The notes below the pieces were generated by a model that was given only the letters and a program-made list of their open reading frames with translations, did no database searches and was not told where the DNA came from. Both the position numbers and the translations under genes were made by a program. Below are positions 54,866 through 63,981 of a DNA stretch of 64,000 bases, piece by piece. Location of the stretch: assembly GCA_041660165.1 (NCBI GenBank), contig JBAZWW010000002.1, positions 43,290 through 107,289 of the forward strand, written 5' to 3'. Every line of letters starts with the position of its first letter. Position 1 is the first letter of the stretch. The DNA comes from Patescibacteria group bacterium (GTDB lineage Bacteria > Patescibacteriota > Patescibacteriia > UBA9934).

Positions 54866-55420
54866 ATGGCTGGAAGCGACTTTCTTCATCCCGAACGACT
54901 AATGGACGCTGGTGGCGTTCGTTACGGCATGCACGTTGCAGATATTGGGTCCGGGGCCAGCGGACACCTTGTCTTCCCGCTGGCTGAGAGAGTGGGAGAG
55001 GAGGGGAAGATCTACGCTGTTGATGTCCAGCCCGGGGCACTTGAGATGATTGAGGGTCTTCGCCGGCTGAGAGGGGTACATCATTTGCAGACCGTGTGGG
55101 GCGATGTTGAGGCTGAGAATGGCATCAATATTCCCGAACAATCACTTGATCTGGCCTTCCTTGTGAACACGCTCTGGACGCTGAAGAACCATGCCTTTGC
55201 CATTGAGCAATTGCGCGGGCTGATGAAGAATGACGGCCGGATTGTTGTGCTTGAGTGGAATCCTCAGACCCCGCATCCGCTGGCTCCGCCCAAGGAATTA
55301 CGGCTTTATGATGAGCCGTGCGACGCCCATTTTTCCAAAGGCGGATTTCACCCTGTGGAAGCTTTTCGTTTGAACCCTTGGCAATGGGGCAGGATTTATG
55401 TACCCTCCCGGGCAATATGA
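54866..55420 (+). CDS. class I SAM-dependent methyltransferase
   Basis: Motif I VADIGSGASG, and a motif II-like AVDVQP. Confidence 0.7.
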   Translation: MAGSDFLHPERLMDAGGVRYGMHVADIGSGASGHLVFPLAERVGEEGKIYAVDVQPGALEMIEGLRRLRGVHHLQTVWGDVEAENGINIPEQSLDLAFLVNTLWTLKNHAFAIEQLRGLMKNDGRIVVLEWNPQTPHPLAPPKELRLYDEPCDAHFSKGGFHPVEAFRLNPWQWGRIYVPSRAI

Positions 55421-55824
55421 TGAAACTTTTGACCGTCTCTTTCTGGTTCCAGAATCCTCCGCTCGCCATGAGTTCTGCGTTCAATGGCGGTTTCTTTATC
55501 TTCTTTGCTCTTTTGGCCATTGGCGGAGCGTTACTCAGTATTCTGAGCAAGCGCTCGCTCAAGGACGCCTATGATAAGCAAGCGTTCCGCATGAGCGCCG
55601 CCATGATGGGCTGGCTGTCCTTCTTGGGCTTTGTCTGGCTTTTTAACTCTTTTGAGGAAGTGCAGATCTTTGGCGTCAGAGCCTGGTTTCTGCTGTGGGT
55701 GCTTGTGGCCATGGCCTGCATTATCCGCGTGGTGAAGTTTGTGAAAAAGGATGCGCCCAAGCTTCGAGAAACAAATGCGTCGAGGTCTGCGGTGAACGCG
55801 TACTTGCCTCGGAGAGCTCGCTAG
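55417..55824 (+). CDS. membrane protein, hypothetical
   Basis: Four hydrophobic segments. The start overlaps the methyltransferase stop (ATGA). Confidence 0.45.
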   Translation: MMKLLTVSFWFQNPPLAMSSAFNGGFFIFFALLAIGGALLSILSKRSLKDAYDKQAFRMSAAMMGWLSFLGFVWLFNSFEEVQIFGVRAWFLLWVLVAMACIIRVVKFVKKDAPKLRETNASRSAVNAYLPRRAR

Positions 55825-55829
55825 TCTCC

Positions 55830-55905
55830 ACCCTGAGGCTAACGCCGAAGGGTCCGACCCTCTCCGCAGTGAGAGCCGGATCCTTCGCTCTCGCTCAGGA
55901 TGGGA
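55830..55905. repeat. palindromic repeat family, composite copy
   Basis: CCTGAGGCTAACGCCGAAGG plus GGGTCCGACCC plus reverse GGATCCTTCGCTCTCGCTCAGGATGG. Homologous to 8426..8486. Confidence 0.65.
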
Positions 55906-55915
55906 TCTTATACTT

Positions 55916-56272
55916 ATGGTCGAAGTCAGAAGAAGAACCGGAAATCATGGCGAGGATCTAGCTGCGGAGTTTTTGATAAAAAAAGGTTACGAAATTTTGG
56001 ATCGTCAGTTCCTGACTCGATTAGGCGAACTCGATCTCGTGGCCCGTGACGGCCGGGAGATCGTTTTTGTTGAAGTGAAGGCTCGTCACGGCGCCGAGTT
56101 CGGCCACCCCGAAGAATCCGTGACCCCCAGCAAGTTGCGCAAAATCGCCAACACCGCTCAGCTCTACGTTCGCCAAAAAGGCTTGCTCGACATACCCTTT
56201 CGCATTGACGTGATCGCCATTCGGCTCGATCTAAGCCCGATTGAGATTGTGCACTTGGAGAATGTTTCGTAG
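55916..56272 (+). CDS. yraN: YraN-family (UPF0102) endonuclease-like protein
   Basis: GEDLAAEFLIKKGYEIL ... ELDLVARDGREIVFVEVKAR. Confidence 0.75.
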   Translation: MVEVRRRTGNHGEDLAAEFLIKKGYEILDRQFLTRLGELDLVARDGREIVFVEVKARHGAEFGHPEESVTPSKLRKIANTAQLYVRQKGLLDIPFRIDVIAIRLDLSPIEIVHLENVS

Positions 56273-56302
56273 ACTCATTGATAGAATGAAAACTGACGGA
56301 GT

Positions 56303-57247
56303 ATGTACATCGTCACAGCCGGCAAGGCCTTTAATGATATAGACGCTTACGGGTGCGCCATTGCTTACGCCGAGTTATTGCGGTTTGAGGGTAAGGAGGT
56401 GAAGGCCGTATTCATTGGACCGCTTAACCACTCGGTAACCCCTCTCGCGATTGAACAGGGAGGAGAGTATTTGGCGCAGTGTTCGCCGACTGCTGATGAC
56501 CGGGTTGTGTACGTTGATCTTTCTGATGCGAGGCATTTTGCGTTTCCCGACCTCAATGAGTCGCAGATTTTTGAAATTTACGATCACCACTACGGCTTTG
56601 AGGACTATTGGGCTCCGCGTTTGGGCGAGCGGTCTCACATTGAACGTGTTGGTGCCGCTGGGACACTAATTTGGGAAGAATTCGTGAAGCGCGGTTTCTC
56701 GAAGAGTATCTCATCTTCAAGCGCGAATCTTCTCGCGCTCGCCATTTTGCAGAATACGTTAAACTTTACTTCTTCGGAGACCAACGGACGCGATCACCAA
56801 GCGTTCGCCGAACTCGCGCAGTACCTGACGATGGCGAGCGGCTGGCAGAAACGGTACTTTGACGAGTGTTCTAAGGGCGTGCATGAGCATTTTGCAGAAA
56901 CACTCGAAAACGACACGAAGAAAATTGAAAAATATTTTGGTGCTCAAGACTTTATTTTCTCGCAGTTGGAGATAACCGAGGAGCCGATTGCGTTCATCGA
57001 TCAGTATAAGGATGAGATCGATGCTTTTTGGTCGATGTTCCCGAATGGTCGTCATCTCATAAACATTGCTGACATCTCATCGAAGACGTCACTTTTGTAT
57101 TCTGATGATGCTCAATGGTTGTTTGAGGCGCTTCGATCAATATTCCCGGAGGTGACCCGAACCTCGGAGTCGTGGATTGAGATTCCGATTCATCAACGAA
57201 AGCAGATATTGAAATTGTTCAATGCGAATCCGATAGCCCACCTCTAG
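56303..57247 (+). CDS. DHH-family phosphoesterase (NrnA/pyrophosphatase-like)
   Basis: Motif I NDIDAYGCAIA, motif II VDLSD, motif III IYDHHYG, motif IV VGAAGT. Confidence 0.7.
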   Translation: MYIVTAGKAFNDIDAYGCAIAYAELLRFEGKEVKAVFIGPLNHSVTPLAIEQGGEYLAQCSPTADDRVVYVDLSDARHFAFPDLNESQIFEIYDHHYGFEDYWAPRLGERSHIERVGAAGTLIWEEFVKRGFSKSISSSSANLLALAILQNTLNFTSSETNGRDHQAFAELAQYLTMASGWQKRYFDECSKGVHEHFAETLENDTKKIEKYFGAQDFIFSQLEITEEPIAFIDQYKDEIDAFWSMFPNGRHLINIADISSKTSLLYSDDAQWLFEALRSIFPEVTRTSESWIEIPIHQRKQILKLFNANPIAHL

Positions 57248-57270
57248 ATCCTTCGCCTACGCTCAGGATC
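57247..57270 (-). repeat. palindromic repeat family copy (reverse orientation)
   Basis: GATCCTTCGCCTACGCTCAGGATC, immediately after the stop. Confidence 0.7.
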
Positions 57271-57374
57271 TGATGCACATGAATCCGATCCTAGACTTGC
57301 ACGATTTGGTTCTTATGGTATCCTCTCTGCATAAGAACTCGGCCAGTGGCCGGGTTCGTTGCTTAAATAGAGAT

Positions 57375-58646
57375 ATGTCCAGCCCCATTGAACAAGCCAT
57401 AAGACAGATTTGCGAGGAAAAGGGATTGAGCTATGAGTCCGTCATTGAGACGATTGAGTCGGCTCTCTCAGCTGCTTACCGAAAAGATTTTGGCGATAAG
57501 TATCACAACCTTGAGTCTGAGTTTGATCCGGAGACCGGCGGGGTTCGGGTTTTTGACGTGAAGACGGTGGTTGAGGATATTTCGGAAGAGGAACTCGAAG
57601 AAGTCCGCAAGAAGGAGGCTGAAGAATCCGCTGCGCGTGAAGCCCGCCGAGCTTTGGGCGAGTTCATGCCGGTTGAGGTGCAGTCGCCAACTGATGAAGT
57701 CCCGAAATACAACCCAAAGACCAACGTCATGCTGTCTGAGGCGAAGATTTTGAAGGGCGGATCAAAGGTGGGGGATGTGCTCAGAACAGAGCTGCCAATT
57801 CCTGGCGAGTTCGGTCGTATGGCAGCGATGACCGCCAAGCAGGTCATTACGCAGAAATTGCGCGAAGCAGAGCGCGAAATTATCTTTAGCGAGTTTAAGG
57901 GTGTTGAGGGAACGGTTATTACGGGAACTGTGCAGAGACGCGAGGGACGCATTGTTTTGGTTGACATTGGTAGAACCGCCGGCATCTTGAAGCCGGAAGA
58001 CCAGATGTTGAGCGACCGCTACCGTTCGAACGACCGTTTGCAGGTGTATGTTCGCGAGGTCTCGCTCGGCCCGCGCGGTCCGCAGATTTTGCTGTCCCGC
58101 ACGCATGAGGCGCTCGTCAAGCATTTGTTTGAGGTAGAGATTCCAGAAATCGGCGAAGGCACGGTAGAGATCCGCGCCATTGCTCGCGAAGCTGGGGCGA
58201 GAACAAAGATCGCCGTCTCCTCGAAAGATCCTCAAATTGATCCTATTGGAGCATGTATCGGCCAGCGCGGAACCCGCATCCAGACGGTCATTGCGGAACT
58301 TGCCGGCGAAAAAATTGACATTATTGAATGGAATGACAATCCGAAGGAATTCATTGAGCACGCGCTTGCTCCAGCTAAGGTGGTTGGCGTCAACGTGAAT
58401 GAAGAGGAGCGCACCGCTACGGTGCTTGTCATCCCCGAACAGTTGTCACTTGCCATTGGCCGTGGCGGACAAAACGTCCGTTTGGCTGCTCGGCTGACGG
58501 GCTGGAAAGTGAACATTCAGGAAGTGACGCCTGAAGGAGCGCCAATTGTCACTGCAGAACCCATTGAGGAACCCGCCGGCGAGACGCAAGAAAGCGAGGT
58601 TTCCAACCCCGCCCAGGTTACTGACGTGATACCGAGCGCCGAGTAA
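57375..58646 (+). CDS. nusA: transcription termination/antitermination factor NusA
   Basis: N-terminal domain, an S1-like region, two KH domains (IGACIGQRGTRIQ; LAIGRGGQNVRLAARLTGW). Start set at MSSPIEQ. Confidence 0.9.
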   Translation: MSSPIEQAIRQICEEKGLSYESVIETIESALSAAYRKDFGDKYHNLESEFDPETGGVRVFDVKTVVEDISEEELEEVRKKEAEESAAREARRALGEFMPVEVQSPTDEVPKYNPKTNVMLSEAKILKGGSKVGDVLRTELPIPGEFGRMAAMTAKQVITQKLREAEREIIFSEFKGVEGTVITGTVQRREGRIVLVDIGRTAGILKPEDQMLSDRYRSNDRLQVYVREVSLGPRGPQILLSRTHEALVKHLFEVEIPEIGEGTVEIRAIAREAGARTKIAVSSKDPQIDPIGACIGQRGTRIQTVIAELAGEKIDIIEWNDNPKEFIEHALAPAKVVGVNVNEEERTATVLVIPEQLSLAIGRGGQNVRLAARLTGWKVNIQEVTPEGAPIVTAEPIEEPAGETQESEVSNPAQVTDVIPSAE

Positions 58647-58649
58647 CGT

Positions 58650-59456
58650 ATGAACATCATTGGCGATATCCTGACCGCGCTCCTGTATCAGCCGATCTAC
58701 AACATGCTGATCTTTGTATATGGCGTTTTTCCCTGGGGTGGATTAGGCCTTGGCATCATCGTTGTCACGCTCGTGATAAAAGTGCTGACGTTGCCACTCA
58801 CGTATAAGTCAATGAAGGCACAGAAGGAACTTCAGGAAATCCAGCCAAAGATTGAAGCCATTAAAGCAAAGTACAAGGGAGACTCTGCCAAGCAGGAAGT
58901 GATGGCCAAGGAACTCATGGGCATCTACAAGCTCCACAACGTAAACCCATTCGCCTCTTGTTTGCCGACTATTCTCCAGTTAGTTGTGTTTATCTCATTG
59001 TTCAAAGCGCTCACGGCGGGCCTAAAATCAGTTGATCTTGGGCTCCTGTATCCGTTTGTTCATGATCCGGGGTTGTTGAGCCATATGTTTTTGGGCATGG
59101 ACTTGGCCCACGTATCCATTCCTCTCGGTATCCTTTCAGCAGGGATGCAATACTTCCAGGCCAAACAAATGGTAGGAAGCCGTCCGCCAAAAGCGGTGAG
59201 ACAGGGGCCGAACGGCTCGGAAGCTATGGATGAAGACATGACCGCTACCATGAACAAGATGACGCTGACCATGTTGCCGATCATGATGCTGGTCATGGGT
59301 GTTACCACGCTTCCGGGCGGTACCACGCTCTACATCTTTGTGAGCACGCTCATCACGTATCTCATGTATATCGTGTTCCTCCAGCCTCCGGCTCCCTCGG
59401 CGAGTACGCCGGCATCAATTGTTGGCGAGATCGTTTCATCAGAGAAGCGCACTTAG
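58650..59456 (+). CDS. yidC: membrane protein insertase YidC (short form)
   Basis: KSMKAQKELQEIQPKIEAIKAKYK...NPFASCLPTILQLVVFISLFKAL conserved core. Confidence 0.85.
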   Translation: MNIIGDILTALLYQPIYNMLIFVYGVFPWGGLGLGIIVVTLVIKVLTLPLTYKSMKAQKELQEIQPKIEAIKAKYKGDSAKQEVMAKELMGIYKLHNVNPFASCLPTILQLVVFISLFKALTAGLKSVDLGLLYPFVHDPGLLSHMFLGMDLAHVSIPLGILSAGMQYFQAKQMVGSRPPKAVRQGPNGSEAMDEDMTATMNKMTLTMLPIMMLVMGVTTLPGGTTLYIFVSTLITYLMYIVFLQPPAPSASTPASIVGEIVSSEKRT

Positions 59457-59463
59457 CACTTTC

Positions 59464-59530
59464 TCCATCCCGAGCTATGCGAGGGATCCGACCTTCACCG
59501 GTGAGGGTCGGATCCCTCCTGTCGTCGGGG
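59464..59530 (+). repeat. palindromic repeat family, extended degenerate copy
   Basis: CATCCCGAGCTATGCGAGGGATCCGACC ... GGTCGGATCCCTCC ... GGGATGAGG. Confidence 0.6.
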
Positions 59531-59592
59531 TGGGATGAGGCATCGAGGTGTACACAAAGCCCGATGAGTTCGGGCTTTTGTGTTAGAATCGG

Positions 59593-60621
59593 TTGGCTAT
59601 GCACCTCAAGAAGAGACTTTTGAAAACGTTATTTTTCGCTGCAGGGCTTGCTCTGGGCGCCGGCATCTTTGGGGTTTTGATTTATCGCACGGGGACGCAC
59701 GACGTCCTTGTGAGTCTCTTGGCCTTTGGCGTTGTTCCACTTTTGGGCTTTATCGGCATTTCAATTCTTAACTTTGGCGTGTATACCTTTCGTTGGAAGT
59801 TGATTCTGGACCCCATGCTTGCGCCCGAGAAGCGGATTCCGTACTACAAAATGTTTTTGAACCGCATGAGCGGATTTGCCGCGGGCTATCTCACGCCCGC
59901 CGCCCAAGTAGCCGGCGAGCCGATCCGCGTGGCCATGCTTCATGGCGATGGTGTACCGGTGAAAGTGGCTACCAGTTCTGTGGTGCTTGATTTAGCTTTT
60001 GAGATAACTGCTTTTGTGACGTACGTTGCTATGGGCATTGGTTTTGCTCTTGTGCAGGGCCTTGGCACCGGCCCGGGATTATATTGGTCAGTGCTTTTTA
60101 TTTCAGTTTTGCTGGTGTTCATGATTGGTTTTTTTGTAGCAACCATCACAGGCAATGGCTTCTTTCACCACATGCTCAGGGTTTCAAGATTAAGCCGTTA
60201 TAAGGCTATTGCGAGTTTTGAGCATTGGCTCATAGAAACGGAAATTCTGATGAGCGAGTTTTTTGTGGGAAGAACCGTGCGCATCCTGGTCGTTATTGGC
60301 CTGTCCCTCATTATGGCTACGTTTAAGGCGGTTGAAGCTATTTTCATTGCCCACTTCTTTGGGGTGAACATCAAGATCACGGACGCGCTTCTCATGAGTA
60401 CGCTTCCGGGGGTAGCGCTTCTCTTGCCGGTGCCTGCTGGCCTTGGCGTGTATGAGGGAAGCAACACGGCGCTGTTTGACCTTCTGCATCTTCCCATCAA
60501 TCCGGTGGCGTACACGATCGTTATCCGCCTGCGTGACTTTTTGTTCATCGGCATCGGTGTTTGCTACGCTGTGATTCGGGGCGAAGCGTTATTTTTCAAG
60601 AAGTATGACGGAAAGTCTTGA
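59593..60621 (+). CDS. flippase-like / lysylphosphatidylglycerol-synthase-TM-like (UPF0104) membrane protein
   Basis: Eight predicted TM segments with the UPF0104 pattern (RWKLIL..., AGYLTPAAQVAGEPIR). Confidence 0.6.
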   Translation: MAMHLKKRLLKTLFFAAGLALGAGIFGVLIYRTGTHDVLVSLLAFGVVPLLGFIGISILNFGVYTFRWKLILDPMLAPEKRIPYYKMFLNRMSGFAAGYLTPAAQVAGEPIRVAMLHGDGVPVKVATSSVVLDLAFEITAFVTYVAMGIGFALVQGLGTGPGLYWSVLFISVLLVFMIGFFVATITGNGFFHHMLRVSRLSRYKAIASFEHWLIETEILMSEFFVGRTVRILVVIGLSLIMATFKAVEAIFIAHFFGVNIKITDALLMSTLPGVALLLPVPAGLGVYEGSNTALFDLLHLPINPVAYTIVIRLRDFLFIGIGVCYAVIRGEALFFKKYDGKS

Positions 60622-61504
60622 GCGATCAATCGTCCGTACCGTTGCCTATTTTTCGCATTTTTCGTATCCGCTGACTTCTTTCGAGGTTTGGAAATGGCTC
60701 CTCATGCCTGAGCGCAAGTATTCTTTGGCCGAGGTCTCTCTTGCACTTGACGAATCTTCATTGCTCGAAAAATCATTATCACGGCATGGAGGATTCATTG
60801 GTCTCGGTAATGTAGAATTACAGGCGAGCGACCGGCGGGACAGGCTGAAGGATGCTCTTCGAAAATATGAGAAATTAAACACTTTTCTGAGGTTCCTCTC
60901 TCGATTACCGTTTATTGAAGGAATCGCCGTTTGTAACTCGCTCGCTTTTCATCACACCACAAGCGAAAGTGATATTGATCTCTATATTGTGACCAAGCCC
61001 AAGAGGACATGGTCCGCCAGACTATGCTCCACTTTTCCCTTGATGCTTTTGAGACAACGGCCGGGAGAGACATTGGTTGACCCCTTGTGCCTCAGTTTTT
61101 TTGCGTCGAGTACGGCTATGAATCTTGAACCCATCAAAATTGCCGAGCAAGATCCGTATTTGGCGTATTGGGCTATGACCCTCATTCCGCTCGTTGACCG
61201 TTCTGGTTGTTATCGGGAATTCGCCGAAATCAACGAATGGGCTCGCGCTGTTTTACCGCATGCTGAGCCGGTGAAACGCGCGCCGGCTTTTCGGCCAATG
61301 ACTCGGCGGGTGTTCATACCCATCCCGCTCAAGGAGGTGCTCGCTCGAAAACTCCAAGAAGATCGTTTTCCGCAAAAGATTCGCTCGCTGATGAATTTGG
61401 ATACTCGTGTGATCGTGAATGAGCACATGCTCAAGTTTCATGATGATGACAGACGCTTAGAGATCGCCTCGGCCCTTGATGAAAAAATGAAAGCCTTCGT
61501 ATGA
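60605..61504 (+). CDS. hypothetical protein
   Basis: 299-aa ORF overlapping the upstream end by 17 nt. No confident domain. Confidence 0.45.
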   Translation: MTESLERSIVRTVAYFSHFSYPLTSFEVWKWLLMPERKYSLAEVSLALDESSLLEKSLSRHGGFIGLGNVELQASDRRDRLKDALRKYEKLNTFLRFLSRLPFIEGIAVCNSLAFHHTTSESDIDLYIVTKPKRTWSARLCSTFPLMLLRQRPGETLVDPLCLSFFASSTAMNLEPIKIAEQDPYLAYWAMTLIPLVDRSGCYREFAEINEWARAVLPHAEPVKRAPAFRPMTRRVFIPIPLKEVLARKLQEDRFPQKIRSLMNLDTRVIVNEHMLKFHDDDRRLEIASALDEKMKAFV

Positions 61505-62814
61505 AACTGGAAAAACAACATGCTTTGACCGTTATTCTCACCGCCTTTGCCTTTCTTCTTCCTTGGCAGGCTAGGTATATGTTTGCGTCAAGTACTATTG
61601 CCGGCTCCGGCACTGAGTACGGCGTGATGAGCGTGTACGTGACGGAAGTATTTTTAGTCCTCGGCCTGTTGCTTGCCTATGGATTCATGGGCTGGCCTAA
61701 GCTTGAAAAAGCGAATAAGACGCCTGCTCTCCGCGCGCTCGTTCTCATTGGCGTTATCGCGCTCAGTGTCATTTTTTCAACGCACCTCAGCTTATCCTCT
61801 GCACTTTTCATCCACCTTTTCTCTGCGCTTGTTTTCTTCTTGGCGCTTCTTGATTCCCGCGTGAACTTGAGGGCGGTTATTGCCGGTTTTTGCGCGGGGC
61901 TTGTTCCCTCAGTCATCCTTGGTTTTTTTCAAGTAATAACTGGAGGGTCCGGTGCTTCAACGCTTCTTGGTCTTGCCTCAAGAGACGCTACCCATCCTGG
62001 TGATGCGGTGATCGTGCTCTCTGGCGGAACGCGGGTACTGCGCGCGTATGGATCTTTCCCGCACCCGAATATTTTTGGCGGATACTTGGCAGTTGGCGCG
62101 GTTGGGTCAGCTATCCTGTATTTGCGTGAAAAGGTTCAATTGAAGAAGAATATTTTCATGGCGGTATTTTTCGTACTCATGTTTGGTTTGCTCCTCACGC
62201 TTTCACGTTCCGCCGCTCTTGGTCTGGCGCTTGGCACTGGTCTTTCGCTTCTGGTCATTCGCATGAAGAACGTTGCTACGGCGCGGATTGCCGTTATCCC
62301 GATTGCCGTTGTGGTGATCGGCATCGCGGTCAGTGCAACGATTTTTGCGCCTGGTTTGGTGGCTGATACTCGGGGCGGGGGAGCCACGGAAGTGCAATCG
62401 CTGGTTGAACGGGGGTCACAGTATGTGGATTTTTTTCACCTGGAAACGGTTGCCACCATCCCGCAACTCTTTATTGGTCATGGCTTTGGCGGATACGTTT
62501 TTGATTTGGCCTCTGAGTATCCGAACCGCAGTGTTTGGGATTACCAGCCCATTCACAGCGTTCCGCTCCTCATCCTTGAGGAAGTTGGCTTGCTTGGTGC
62601 CATCGCGGCCATTTACTGGGCGTCGAGCATTGATAAGATGAACTTTGCCCGCTTCCCTAACCGCGATGCCGTGTCTGCCTTTGCCATGGGCAATGTGGTG
62701 CTAGTCATCCTCTTTTTCGATCATTACTTGTGGTCTTCCTACGCCGGTTTGTGCCTGCTCGCATTCGTGATGGCGTTAACCGTGCGCATGGGCGAAGATG
62801 AGCGTTCTTTATAG
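61501..62814 (+). CDS. O-antigen ligase / Wzy-like membrane protein
   Basis: Multi-TM protein with a LLTLSRSAALGLALG motif typical of the Wzy_C family. Confidence 0.7.
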   Translation: MKLEKQHALTVILTAFAFLLPWQARYMFASSTIAGSGTEYGVMSVYVTEVFLVLGLLLAYGFMGWPKLEKANKTPALRALVLIGVIALSVIFSTHLSLSSALFIHLFSALVFFLALLDSRVNLRAVIAGFCAGLVPSVILGFFQVITGGSGASTLLGLASRDATHPGDAVIVLSGGTRVLRAYGSFPHPNIFGGYLAVGAVGSAILYLREKVQLKKNIFMAVFFVLMFGLLLTLSRSAALGLALGTGLSLLVIRMKNVATARIAVIPIAVVVIGIAVSATIFAPGLVADTRGGGATEVQSLVERGSQYVDFFHLETVATIPQLFIGHGFGGYVFDLASEYPNRSVWDYQPIHSVPLLILEEVGLLGAIAAIYWASSIDKMNFARFPNRDAVSAFAMGNVVLVILFFDHYLWSSYAGLCLLAFVMALTVRMGEDERSL

Positions 62815-62819
62815 ACAGA

Positions 62820-62943
62820 GGCCCGAGGAATCATTGACGACAGCTCGGAATAGCATTTTTTGGGAGGCCAATATCCAAAGTATTTTCAGAAAATAGTTTG
62901 GCCGACCGAAAATGCCCGAGCCGAGTCAATGATTCCTCGGGCC
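62820..62943. repeat. perfect 19-bp inverted repeat flanking an 86-bp spacer
   Basis: GGCCCGAGGAATCATTGAC at 62820..62838 and its exact reverse complement at 62925..62943. Confidence 0.8.
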
Positions 62944-62988
62944 TTTCCATTTAAAGATTTTCACTATAAGCTTTTCATAGGAGGCATC

Positions 62989-63408
62989 ATGTACTTTCGC
63001 CACAGCCGAGGGATGTGGATTCCGGTGGAGTTAGAGCCGGGAGACCGCGTAGTGGTGGACGGCAAGACGCGCATTTTTCGCGCCGTGAAGTACTTGTCAG
63101 CGCCGAGCCGGGTTCGTCTTGGCCCTTTGCGCAACTTGGCCATGGGCTTGGTACAACCCCGCTGGGAGCGCCTGTGGATGAAGCTGTCAGACGGCCGGCA
63201 CGTGGATCAGCTGGCCCTGCCGGGCACGCTTGATGCTGTCTTCCCTGACGGTGATCAACCGCTCGTCCTCATCAGACGGGTATACGGACCGTTGGCGCTT
63301 GGCGGACAGGCTTTGGAGTGGCGTGAGGACACTGACGCCGGCCGGCGCATCCTCAAACAACGCTCGTGGAGTGCGGGCGTGCGTACCGGTTCCGTGGGTC
63401 CTTCTTGA
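62989..63408 (+). CDS. hypothetical protein (GC-rich)
   Basis: AGGAGG lies 6 nt upstream of the ATG at 62989. 139 aa with no domain. Confidence 0.45.
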   Translation: MYFRHSRGMWIPVELEPGDRVVVDGKTRIFRAVKYLSAPSRVRLGPLRNLAMGLVQPRWERLWMKLSDGRHVDQLALPGTLDAVFPDGDQPLVLIRRVYGPLALGGQALEWREDTDAGRRILKQRSWSAGVRTGSVGPS

Positions 63409-63506
63409 GCATCTGCTTGAGGAGGGCCTGTTTCGTTTAAAAAACGCAACGCCGCCCATCGTGGAGACGACGTGCGGCGGACGGAGTAGCGGCGACCGAG
63501 TGGTCG

Positions 63507-63683
63507 CTAGTTGTAGACGTAGATCGTGTACACGGTCTGTCCCTTGCGGACGCGGGTGTAGACGATGACCACCACCAAGGCGGTCACGATAGGGGCCAGG
63601 ATGATCCCGGCCACGTTTTGAATGAACCAGACCGCTGTTTGGGCGGCGATTTCCCACGTGGCGAGAAGTTTTTTTGCGGTCAT
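63507..63683 (-). CDS. small membrane protein
   Basis: MTAKKLLATWEIAAQTAVWFIQNVAGIILAPIVTALVVVIVY, with GGAGGG 7 nt upstream of the start. Confidence 0.5.
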   Translation of the reverse strand: MTAKKLLATWEIAAQTAVWFIQNVAGIILAPIVTALVVVIVYTRVRKGQTVYTIYVYN

Positions 63684-63792
63684 TTTTAGACCCTCCAAAT
63701 GGGTGAGATCTCGAATCGTTACAATTAAAATTGTACCACAAAAACGGCCTTTTGTCAAGGCTGTTTTTGTTTATTCATTGCTAATATTAGCC

Positions 63793-63981
63793 TTATTCTG
63801 TCTCTTTATCGAGAATTCGCTCTAAGACGAAGAACCCGTGTCTTACCTTGCTAGGCTTGATCTCGCGCTCCCGTTTCATCCGGAACCCTTGGCCCTCAAA
63901 ATAGGCTTCCCAATCCTGTTGATTTTTATAGTTGTGCGGTCCATGGCTCAAAACCTCCGTATTTAGGAGCTTATCCATCAT
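63793..63981 (-). CDS. hypothetical small protein
   Basis: 62-aa ORF near the window edge. Confidence 0.3.
   Translation of the reverse strand: MMDKLLNTEVLSHGPHNYKNQQDWEAYFEGQGFRMKREREIKPSKVRHGFFVLERILDKETE

Noticed and set aside
59455-59592. Possible small ORFs (e.g. 59580..59771) between yidC and the flippase-like gene
   Set aside because: The region is occupied by the palindromic repeat copy. The ORF overlaps the better-supported 59593 start in another frame.
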